Assembly (NCBI GenBank): GCA_043228905.1
Contig: JBHGNT010000001.1
Coordinates: forward strand, 14,260,001-14,324,000
Origin: Azolla caroliniana
Lineage: Eukaryota; Plantae; Polypodiophyta
Direction of reading: 5' to 3'
Length of the DNA: 64,000 nt
The notes under the pieces were generated by a model. It saw only the letters and a list, made by a program, of their open reading frames with translations. It was not told the DNA's origin and ran no database searches. The stretch's first letter is position 1. Each line of letters opens with the position of its first letter. The position numbers were made by a program, and so were the translations under genes. Shown one piece after another: positions 38,004 through 49,600 of this stretch.

Positions 38004-41000
38004 CGGGATGGGTCCGACGTGCCAGGGCACTGTCCCACAGGCGTGGTAGGTGTTGTCCGTCGGAATAGTAACCGACAGACAACAGCGTAGGAATAAGAAA
38101 TAATATAAGATCATAACGCATGTAACGGTTCACGCAGGAAGCGTGAACGGCTAGATAAACCCTGCGTATATAAAGGGCAGAAAACCTCTGATAGAGGATC
38201 GTGTAATTTGGGAATGTAAAGAAACGTCTCATAATAGAATTCTATCTTCTTTGATTTTCTATGTATAGCTACGGCTAATCCACTCTGTGTGTCTTGAATA
38301 CCTGAGCGTGTAAGAACGTAAGTGTAACCCTTGCTAAGGATTCGGTTGTAGTCGTCTCCCTTATACGTTGATAGGTTACAGGGAACATTCCCCTACGCAT
38401 TACGCTTAGACGCCTATTCATTGTTCCACACCCACTTGGAGGTCTAGGTCAAAGGACTGACCGCGGACCGTGTTCCTAATTGGCAACAAGAGGTGGACTA
38501 AAAAAGATTGTAGAAGAAGAAGATGCAAGGCATGTGGAAGCTATGCACTATGCCGCTTCGGCTGGGATACGAGTTGGAAAAGAAAATCTTAAAATGATCA
38601 AGCCAGGAGCTGGGTTTTGCCCAACGGTCTTCGAGTGCGAAGAAAAAGGCAAAATCAATTTGGAGAATCTAAACCTTGCTGACCGAAACGTGCGACGAGC
38701 TACCGGATGGTCAGATGCAATCGACGAAAACACAAGCTTTGCGGAGGTTGTGTGTGACACCTATGAAGCCCTTGTCGAAGAGAAGAGGCAAAGAACCGAT
38801 GAAGAAGATGGCACATCAAAGCGTCCTAACACGAGGAACGGAGGGAAAGAAGGGCCACCCCAACCTATCCCAAGAAAAAAGATTGGTGAAACAAACATGA
38901 AGCCCGGTGGATCGAGGCAACCTGCTCGGATGGGAGTCGAAGAATCAACAAAGAAAGGAAAAGAACGAGTGGCACAGACTTACAAGCTAAGGTCGAACAT
39001 AGAACAAACAACTAACTTGCGGAAGGTCCTTAAGGAGAAGGTTTTAGACAGTCATGTCAACCTTACCTTGAGAGAGCTACTTGGGATCGCGAAGAAGGAG
39101 TTCCATGATACTATCGTGGACCTTATTAAAAGGAAGCAACAACAATCTGATGAAGAGGAGGTGAAAACAAGTTCCATAACCATGGCAAGATCAGAAGAGG
39201 AGGAAGAAGAAGAAGTGGTGGCGGATAGCCATTACTCTCGGCCTCATTGGGCAAGAGCGACAACGGAGACGCCGATGAAGATTGGGGAGAAGAAAGAGAC
39301 CGTGGTCGCTTTGATTGACCATGGCTCAGAGATCAACCTCATGTCGACTGAGTTCTACAAGAAAGGAAGATGGCCGATTAATACAAACCATGGATGGAAG
39401 ATTCGAGCAGTGACGAAGGCCACAGAGGACTTGTATGGAGCTTGCCCCAATGTTAAAGTCACAATCGGGGATGTGGAGATTGATCAACACTTCTTCGTGC
39501 AAGACTCGGCTTCGCATCCTATCATCCTAGGACAACCGTATATAACATCGTCCCGGATGGAGACCAAGGTGTTCGATAATGGAGCAGCCTTCACGCGCAT
39601 CAAGAGTCTTGATAGTAAAAGATCTGTTCAATTCCTGACGGTGCGAGCTAATCATGAAAGGAACCGAGATAGCCTTGGAGGCGAATGCTCGTATTTTTAA
39701 ACTGGACTATTGAAGCATGGGGCACAAATAGTCCGAGCAATCATAAGTCCCCACAAGGAAGCAGAGTGCGTGGATTGCAAGGAGAAGCAACATGCGTCAC
39801 ACCTAGCAGCGCATGCAAACTAAGACTACTCAACAAGAAGGAAAAGTGTCAGATACAAGACTTCGAGGAGGTGCTGAAAGAAGAAAGCATAATCGAAGAA
39901 GAAGAATTCGTGTCATATATTCTGGAGGAAGCCTCATTTAACGACACCATCGGCGAAATCGAGGAAGTCATGGACTTGAGCTATCCTCACCCTCAACATG
40001 TGATTTCGGTTAACTCCGTCAACATGTATACTATCATCGATGAATATCATCAAGGCATCTTGATAGAGGAAGCCAAAGTCAACGCAAAATATAAAACCGT
40101 GGATAGGAAGATCAAGCTAGTTGCAGTTCCGCTACCGGAAGATAGCTGGCAAAAGATGAAGGAAGTTGCAAAAGATCCAAGCTTAAGGAACCCAAATACA
40201 ATTGGTCACGTCTTCACTGAAGAGACGAAGGGAAAGCTCCGAGTTGGAAGGGAGGATTTCCTCCTTCCTGAAGAGGAGCAAATGTTCCGCGAAATGCTTG
40301 AAAGACATGGGAAGGCTTTCTCATTTTTCCCACAAGAAATCGGATGTGTGAATCCAAGGATGATAGAACCAATGGTGATCTTCACAGTGCCGCATGTACC
40401 TTGGAATTTGAAACCGATACTGGTCCCGAGAGCACACCTACCAAAGCTGATCGAGCTCTTAAAGGAGAAGGTGAGGATGGGAATTTTGGAACCGTCAAAC
40501 GCTCCTTATTCTAATAGATGGTTCATGGTGCCAAAGAAGAATGGATCGTTGCGATTCATTCAAGATCTTCAACCTATCAACAAGGTGACAATTCGGAATG
40601 ATGGAATCGGTCCAAGTGTGGATGAATTTGTCGAGGCATTTGCGGGCCGGTCCATCTACTCCATTGGTGATCTCTACTCTGGCTACGATCAATTCCAGTT
40701 GGCGATCGACAGTCGTGACATTACAGCCATGAGAACTCCTATCGGGTTGGTGAGGATGTGTACCTTACCTCAAGGTGCGACGAACTCGGTGGCTCATATG
40801 GTGAATGCCATGAACAAGGTCTTGAAGGATTGCATCCCGGATATCACGATGCCATTCTTCAATGATATCCCGATAAAAGGATGTTCGGATGAAGAGAAGG
40901 ATGAATCAAAAGATAAGGATGGATGTAGAAAGTTTGTCGTGGATCATATGAAAGATTGGGAGAAGGTGCTCCAAAGGCTCGAAGATGCCAATTTGACATT

Positions 41001-43194
41001 TTCGGGAGAAAAATCCACATTCGAGCAACCGGAGATCTTGGTGGTAGGTCACTTGTGTGGAGCATACGGTCAGAAACCTTCGCCATCCAAGGTGAATGCA
41101 ATCCAAGACATGAAAGAAGAATGCATAACCCAAACGGAGGTTTGAAGGTTCCTTGGAGCATGCGCGTTTTATCATATTTGGATTCCACACTACACCCACA
41201 TTGCTGAGCCATTATATGGTCTACTAAAGAAGAAGCGGATGTTCGAATGGACAAACGAGCATACAATCGCCATCCAAAGGCTGAAGAAATTATTGATGGA
41301 GGCACCTACATTACGGAAAGCAAACTATTCATACAGCAAGCCCATTTTCGTGACCGTGGATTCTAGTCCAATCGGAATTGGATGGGTTATCAACCAAGAA
41401 GATGAAGATTGCAACCGATATGCAATTCGGTTTGGCGCGAAAGTGTTAAGTGGCAAGCAAAGAAGGTATGCCCAAGTGAAGAGGGAGTTATGGGGAATTG
41501 TCTCGGCAATCAAATCTAATCGTGGTTACCTTATTGGAGTAGAAGTCATAATTGAGACAGATTGCCTACCAATTTTGGGTATGATATCTGGTTGTAATAC
41601 ACCGGATATTTCCATGTTGCGTTGGATTGCATATATCAAATCACTCAACCCGGAGATCCGTCATGTAGCTAGGAAGCGTAATGTCATTGCAGGCATGCTA
41701 TCACGAGCGAGATACGACGAAGAAGAAGATCGAAATTCTGATGAAGATGATGTTGGCTTGGATTTCTTTGCAAGTTCCTACGCTCGGGTGCTAACTACTT
41801 TCATAGAAGAGGATTACGAAGGCGAATTCGTGGAGATCGGGAAATACTTAAGTTCTCTCCAAAAAGATGAATCATGGTCGACGGAAGACTTCCATCGAAT
41901 TCGGAAGAAGGCATACAAGTATTTCCTTAAGGATGAGCTCTTTGGAGTCATGCAAAAAAGAAGAATGGGACTCCAATGAGAGTTGTCTGCAAGCTAATGT
42001 CTGAATTTCATGATAGTGTTTTTGCAGGCCATCGAGGAATATGGGCTACGTTTGCGAAGCTTAAGGAGAAATATTGGTGGCCGGGCATCTACAAAGATGT
42101 AGCAGCTTATGTGGAAACATATAAGGAATGTCAGATGTTTTTGAATATTCTCCATCGAGATGGACTTCATCCGACTTACCCGTTGGCTATGCATTATAAG
42201 TGGATGGTGGACATCGTGATGATGCCAATGGGGCGATGGCAGATGAAGTATCATGTGCTCGCGAGAGAGGATCTTACCAATCAAGTTGAAGGGTGAGCAT
42301 TAAGAACTAAGGAGACATCATCGGTATGTCGATTCCTTCTTGAAGATGTTATTTGCAGATATGGATGTGTCGGCAAGATAGTGGCTGATAGAGGCGAGTT
42401 GGACGCCAATGAAGTTAGAGAATTCTTCTCGAGGATGGGAATCAAATTATCTCTTACCATGGCGTATAATCCGGAAGCAAATGGGAAAGTGGAACGTGGA
42501 CATGGACCGATTGTGAAGGCTCTAGTGAAAGCTTGCCAGGGGAAAATAGGAGAATGGTCGTGTCTATTGCCATTTGCACTATGGGCTGATAGGACTACTC
42601 ATAGCACGGTGACGGGATACATGCCGGTAGAGCTCATATTCGGACAAAAGCCGATAATGCTTGTAGAACAAAGTATTATTTCATGGTTTGCATTGCCATG
42701 GCAAGATTAGATAAGTAAAGAAGATCTTGTAGCATTGAGGATTCGACAATTGGAGCGGAATTTGGAAGATATAGAGGTCGCTAAAGCGCGGCTAAAGAAT
42801 GCAAGGCTAAAGAACAAGAAAGACTTCAATAAATGACATCGACTTCGGCCGAGGAAAATCGTTGAAGGAGATTGGGTGCTAGTCTATGACAGTAGTCTAG
42901 ATAACCAACATAGTACGGCTCAAAAATTCTCACAACGAGGGTTTGGGCCATATGTGGTGAAGAAAGTGGAAGATAATGCAACATATCATTTAGTAGAACT
43001 GGATGGTACACCGCTTGCCTTGCCAATTGTCGGTAAAAGAATCAAGATCTTCAAGAGAAGAGCTAGAATAGAAATTGGATTCAAAGCTTTTGACGATTCA
43101 GTCTTAAGCATCGATGAAAAAGTATAGTAAACAAAAGTGGAGCCTCACCAAAATTGGCACATACCGGTGGATGTGCAGGTTTGGTGGGGGCGAA

Positions 43195-44509
43195 TGTCGT
43201 GTGAATCTTCACACACTATGTAAAAAAATAATGAAATAATTATTATAGATTAGTTTAGTAGCTTACTATAGAAAGATGGATATACTCAAGAGCTTCAAAA
43301 CATATTTTACTATATACAAAATGGAGAAATACATATCAAGTTATGTGAGAATGAAGTTTGAGAAGATAGGGAAATTAGAACTATCCCACATAAATAGGAA
43401 ACTTAAGGCCCTGGCTATATAAGCACCTTGAGCTCCCTCATTTTCCATTTGTGCTAAGAGCACTTTGGCCACTTTGTCTTGATGGATGATGGTGGCCAAG
43501 TTCCCAAAAATCGGAAATCGGCTAGTAAGCAAATTCGGAAACTAGTCGGTATGCAAACTAGAAACTGGCCGGTATGTAAATCCAAAAACTGGCCGGTATG
43601 CAAATTCGAAAACCGGCCGGTAAGCAAATCCGAAAACTGACCGGTGTGCAAACCGGAAACCGGCCGATAAGCAAAACCGGAATCCGGAAATTGGTTGGTA
43701 TGCAAAACCAGAAACCGGTCGGTATGCAAAATCGGAAACCGGCCGGCCGGTAAGCAAAACTGGAACCGGAACCGGCCGTGAAGCAAAATGGAACCGGCTA
43801 CCAGACGAGGTTGGACGCGAACGAACGGAAGATTGGATCGTGCAACAAACTAAAGTAAAGTGAAGAGAACTAAAGTAAAGGCCATGTGAACTAAAGTTGG
43901 AGTGCATGCAAAAAATAAAGGTGATGTGGAAGGTGTGCAACAAAAAGGTGGAGATCATGCAACAAACTAAAGTAAAGTGAAGAAAACTAAAGTAAACGCC
44001 ATGTGGGATGCATGCAAGGGAAGGAGAGAAAACAGAAGAAGGAAGAATCCGTGAATCAAGGGGTCTAATCACTCATAATTCCTAATTTCCATGCGGGGGA
44101 AGGAAGTTATCTCTCAAGTAAACCATAATTTCCATACGGAAGCAATCTCTCTAAAAATCCTAAATTCCTTAGAAAATCCATCTTACTCATAACCCTAATT
44201 TTCCATACGGAAGTTATTCAACTCATAAAACCATAATCTCTTATCAGAGCCAATAACCCTAAATCTCTATGGAATCCATATCTTCGTTTCTTCTAATCTA
44301 TTATTCTAGTAATCTCCTTAAGATAAAACTTTTGTAATCCCAATCGTAGAATTGATTGTAATTTTTCTTTTCCTTTTATTAATGAAATTTGTGAATCTTT
44401 CTCATTTTGTATTAATTGTTTAATATAATCATACGAATCTGATATCTTCCGGTCGGAGGCCCCAGGGTCCTTCCTTAAGTTCACGTATCCTCGTCGTATT
44501 TTCACGACA
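43195..44509 (+). repeat. 3' LTR of element D (1315 bp) with an internal ~21-bp tandem array at ~43510-43800
   Basis: TGTCGTG..CACGACA termini. Repeated AAACCGGCCGGTA(T/A)GCAAA units. Confidence 0.85.
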
Positions 44510-45558
44510 CCGGTTTCACGCTTTCCATGCCGAATCTTTGGAGCACCTTTGTCACATATTTTTCTTGCAACACCCACAACAATTTCTTTGTTCGATCCCG
44601 AACAATATGCATCCCCAAGATTTGCTTTGCCAGACCCATATCCTTCATCAAGGACGATTTGCTCAAGGCCTTCTTCAGCACTCGGATTTTCGTATGCTCA
44701 AGATCACCTTGCAGGAATGTGTTTTTCACATCCATCTGATGTAGATGCCACCCCTTCGCCGCTGCCACCGCCAGTAAGACACAAACGGTAGTCATCTTCG
44801 TGATTGGTGCGAACGTCTCATCATAATCAATGTCGTGGTACTGCACATAGCCCTATTAACGAACCTGTCGGTGTTGTATTTAACCTTGTATACCCACCCG
44901 AAACCGATCGACTTCACTCCTTTCGGTACGTTGTCGACAAGCTTGTGGTTGTGTGTCGCAACCACCGGGTTCTGTGACTCGGGATGATCGGGGTGACAAG
45001 GCGTAATCGTAGATGGTACGATGACAAGAAGCCGAGAAGCTGAGATAAAAGCGACGTTGTCGCGAAAAGAGTTTTATTTGTAAAACAACCACTTACAATA
45101 TTTATTTGCCAAAAGTTACTTGGCAAGACTTGAACTCACAAACTCTATTTGAGATAGACCGCTTCAATCTCTTTGGTTTCTATTTATTTGTCTTTCTCTT
45201 TCACTTTATATATACTAAATTTATATTACAAAATTTGATTACCAAAAGAAGTTGGTCTAAGAGGATTCGAACTCATGACCTTTGGCTTGCAAAGAGATGT
45301 CTAAGATACACCACTTCAACTTTTCCTTTTCTTGTATTTGTTGTCTTTTCTTTAACTCTTGACTTGATTTATGCAGGCCACCATCTTCTTTGGCGAGCTC
45401 TGCATCCCACACCCATACGAGCTTCTTCACTTGCTTTTCCTTCCTCTTCTTCTCCTTCTTCCCTCCTTAGCCACCATGGGCGTGGCTTATATAGGGTGGT
45501 CAACCGCCCTACCACCTTCTTGACACCGTTGACAAATCGCCTCATGTAGGTGGTTGGT

Positions 45559-45596
<38 letters not shown>

Positions 45597-46650
45597 TTTA
45601 CTATTATTTTATTTATTGATTCTACAAATTCGATTTTGTAGTTCTACATTTGAGAAATTATAGAAATAGCCCTCACTTAATTTTGACTCCCCCTTTTGAC
45701 ATAATTACATTTGTGTCCCAAGTAACATTAATCCTTCCGAAGCTTGTATCTTGGGCTCCTAAACTCCAATTCACGAATCGAAAATTTGCACATGCTCCTC
45801 GTCAAAAGCTCATTATAGGAAATTTATTTCTATAGATTTTTGACATTGTTTTGACATTGTGAAGCAATAACTTCACGACAACATCCACTAAATCCCATGT
45901 CTCATTTTCCTTGAGTCCGTGCATCTCTTCCTCCATAGCGGCACGCCAATTTGCATCCTTCACCACTTTTTCATAGCTCTCTAGCTCGAGCATTGCCACC
46001 ACTTCGTCATGTACGCATAATGATGCACCATGTACTCATTATACCCGTACCTTTTCACGGGGTTCTTCTGGCGGGTGGATCAGCGTAACTTCTTGTTAGC
46101 CGATTTCAAGGGCCTCATGGCCGGCTCGGACTTCGTTCCCAAAGGTCCATCTTCGTTCTTTCTAGAGTTGGATTCGCCCCGATCCAACTCTTCTCTGTCG
46201 GTGGTGTATTTTGACATCTTCTTCTTCCCCTTTTTTCTGCGCGTGAATCGTCTCCTCGGTTCCTTACGCAGGGAGAACATGGTTGATTCTCCACTACTCG
46301 CCAGCTCGTCATCTAGCTGGTCATGCCGACTCAGTCGTTCATTCGACCCACTTAGCCAAAATGAGATCGGACTCTCATCTAGAGTATATAATCCTTCTTC
46401 ATCTTATGCGCAGATCGTTTTGGGCTCACTAGCCTCATCCTCCGGAATCAGGTCGGAATCAGACATCGAAGTCGGTAGAGAGTACCATGATGCCGACTCA
46501 TCAAATTCGACATCTTGGCTCACTGAAACTTATTTTCTTCGGGGGTTATAGCACTTATAACCCTTTTGCTCATGTGAGTAGCCGACAAGGATGCAATTCT
46601 TCGACTTCGGGTCCAGCTTTCTTCGTTTCTCATCCACACATGCACATAGG
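44510..46650 (-). mobile_element. Degenerate Ty1/copia IN-RT fragment, interrupted by a solo LTR
   Basis: KLDPKSKNCIL, NWRAAMEEEM, ENETWDLVDV|PKGVKS rejoining across the insertion, [20 protein letters not shown]. Confidence 0.85.
44932..45880. mobile_element. Solo LTR (949 bp) of the TGTCG..CGACA lineage
   Basis: TGTCGAC..CACGACA termini. 4-bp TSD ACGT/ACAT. The copia frame rejoins across it. Confidence 0.88.
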
Positions 46651-49600
46651 TGTTGAGCGAGCAAACTCAATCGAATCCAAATCGGTTGAATAAGCTAGAG
46701 CCGGATCGGTATCCGGAACGGAGGACCGGATCGGGTTCCGGATGATATCCGGAACCAGGAGCCGGATTGGATTGAAACGAGTAGGCCGTTAGAGGCCTAC
46801 GGGTCCAGCCTAGTATGTAGGCATATTTTTGGGAGTCAGTGTTAGTCGCTCGTATGAGCATTGAAATACCTGTCAATACTTCTGTGAGTCCTTTATGGAC
46901 TTATATAAAAGTGCTCTCTGAGCACCTTCTATGTACACAGAAGATTATTATTTTAGAATAGAGTTTTATGTTATGCTCTCTCTCTATCTCTCCCGTGTAT
47001 GCTAAATATTCTCAAGCTTCCATTGAACCTGTGTTTTCTATTCTCTGTTGTTGCCCGGCTAAACCGATTTTTTCAAGCTTCCGCACGCTAACTTTTACAT
47101 GGTATTAGAGTGCGAGGTTTAAGACTCCTTTGCAGCTGACAGACGCTTTCAAAGACAAACCCTAACACCCAGTGAAGAACAATAGAGAACCGAAATGGAC
47201 AGGGGTATGGCAAGTTCACTTCCCATAGAAAAGCTAGACCGTAGCAACTATGCATCCTGATCATATAAAATGCACGAGTACCTATTGGGGCATGGATATT
47301 GGAGTTATGTGGAAGGAACCAATGAGGTAGCACCGGCGCCGACACACAAACTTCCCGGCATGGGAGCAAGGAGCGAGCCGAGTATTGTACTACCTCACGT
47401 CCGGTGTGCACAATCAGATGCTCAGCTACTTCAAGGATGCAAAAACACCAAAGGAGGCCTAGGAAAATCTACGGAAGATTTTCGCCGCAACTACCACAAC
47501 CCGTAAGTTGCAGCTTCGGCAAGAGTTGAACAACATACGGCAAAGACATATGTCAGTTACAGACTACACCACCAACATTAAGGAGATTTGTGAGGCCCTC
47601 AGATCGATCAACGTAGCAGTGGAAGAAGACGAGATGATCCTGATCTGTCTTGGTGGTTTATCACAACGGTACGGACCAATCCAGATGGCCATTTGCTCCC
47701 GAGAGAATCCATCGTCCTTCTTCGACTTACAATCCCTGTTGATAGTCGAAGACAACCACGCGAGAGGGTCAAGAAGCACTCAATCAGACAGTTGGATGAT
47801 GTTCACGGAGGCGGATCGGCCCCGTGGGTGTGGAGGACGAGGTGGATCGGCATGCAATGGAGGCGGCTGGTAAGAGCAAAACCGAAGGCACAGAGACGGT
47901 GCCGACATCAGTTCCAGACCCTCCACGAGCAGGGGGAGTCAAGTCGGAGCCAGAAACAGGCAATCGAAGGCCGACACGAAATGTCGGTACTATGGCAAGA
48001 AAGGCCACCAAGAAAGCGAGTGCTAGAAGAAGCGCACCAATTCTGACAAATCCGGATCTAGCAAAGCTAGTCGGGAAAACTGGCAAAGTTCGCACTATGC
48101 AGAAGGATCGGAAGGATCCAGAACCAGGAAGACCAGTAAAGGGCCAGCCTTTGTGATGAATCACAAGGCTAACTCGATGAAGAAGATTACTTCCAAATCG
48201 GAGGAACTGTGGTCTATGATTCCAGAGCATCCAACCACATGACGAGCCATGAAGAGTGGTTCTCTTTTTTGGAGAAACCGAAACAATTGGGAATCGTCGA
48301 AACTAGAGATGACACCCCTCCATGGTTGTTTACGTACCCGTATTTAACATAAAAATATGTATAATACCTCATAATTTGTATAGCATGTATTATACCTCAA
48401 TGTTGTTCAACCAAATATCATGTACATTTGTCCGATATGGTATTTAATGTACTTTTGAAAAACAAGTATAATACGTATTTATAAAAAAATGTAAGTTAAA
48501 CCCCAACAAAAAGCAAAAGAAAAAAAAATTAGTGAAAAAGAAGCAAAAAAGAAGGAAGAAAGAAGAACAGACAAGATGACGACAAAGAAGAAGACGAAAA
48601 AGAGAGAAAAGAAGACGGAAACTTGTCTTGTCTCTAAGTGTAATAATCGCAGAAGATAGAAGAAGAAGGATGATGAAGAAGATAATGACGAAGGGAGAAA
48701 AGAAGACAGAAACGTAAAGTGAGTGCGATAATCGTAGAAGATTCCTCAATCTATAAGGGCATAATCGTAAATAATTGCAATTTGAAGTAGAATATCGTGA
48801 TACACAAACTAATTTATAGCACAAGTGAATGTCGACATTCATATTAATAAGTATTTTAGGATGTGAAATGTTCAAATGTCTTATATGCATTTTAGGATGT
48901 AGAACTATAATGTCCATCACAAAATTGTGTAAACATAGATGCTTTTTACAATATTACAAATCTTTTTTGAAATATAAGTAATTTTCAAATTCTAGAAGTA
49001 TTTAACGTACTATACATATTTTACGTATTTTATAAGTATTTAACATATTAAAAAACAAATTTAACGTATTTTTAAATTGGGAGGTACTATACGCGTATTA
49101 ATACGTTAAATACGTATGGTATCTGTACCATATCTAACATACCTAACAACCTTGCACCGCTCACCCGGTTGTGCATGTCGAAGAAGTCCCTTCATCGAGG
49201 AAGAAGGCCGGATAATCGCGCAAGGGCAGTGAGAAGGGAGGATGTTCATCCTCAACACTAATGACGTCGGCACCGCCATGTTTGCCAAACGACAGAAGAT
49301 TGAATCAAACATTGATCTCTGGCATAAGTGGATCGGCCAAGTCAACTACCAGAGGCTTCAAGATCTGCAATTGAAACAAGTTGTGTTCGGAATGCCGAAG
49401 TTTAGTGGCCGGAAGACCCAAATATGTGAAGCCTACCAACTCGGGAAGCAACACCAGCGTCCATTCCCCACCGAACGAAACTGGAGCCATAACAAGCTCG
49501 ACTTAATCCATTCGGATGTATGGGGATCGGCACAAAACGTTAGTCTTGGCGGGAGTCGGTATTTCGTCTCCTTCATTGACGACTACAACCAGCACACGTG

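Larger units (their letters stand above)
25860..38488 (+). mobile_element. Full-length Ty3/gypsy element E (non-chromovirus type) with an extra 3' ORF
   Basis: LTRs 25860-26298 and 38051-38488 (TGTTG..CAACA, roughly 25 differences by eye). Perfect TSD AGAGG. PBS-like TGGCACGCTTGG at 26303. Gag-PR-RT (FLDD)-RH-IN order with many stops. Confidence 0.95.
25223..44509 (+). mobile_element. Ty3/gypsy element D (TGTCG..CGACA lineage), 5'-truncated, split by element E
   Basis: Gag (RCVWCDSFQHSRREC..VNFGRG|GLKKIVEE rejoining across E), protease ALIDHGSEIN (38480-39700), RT (39685-41145), RNase H (41239-41979: VTVDSS, KRELWGI, IETDC), IN (41976-43127), 3' LTR 43195-44509. Confidence 0.93.

Noticed and set aside
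43454-44072. ORFs with repeated FAYRPV / TGQF peptides
   Set aside because: They are translations of the 21-bp tandem array within LTR D.
45051-45063. ACGT-TGTCGC as a second nested LTR start
   Set aside because: No matching end or TSD; it is a small internal hairpin (GCGAC-GTT-GTCGC). It was not counted among the six CG target sites.
48444-48920. Hydrophobic 158-aa ORF as a membrane protein
   Set aside because: It is the antisense reading of an A/G-rich low-complexity MITE interior.
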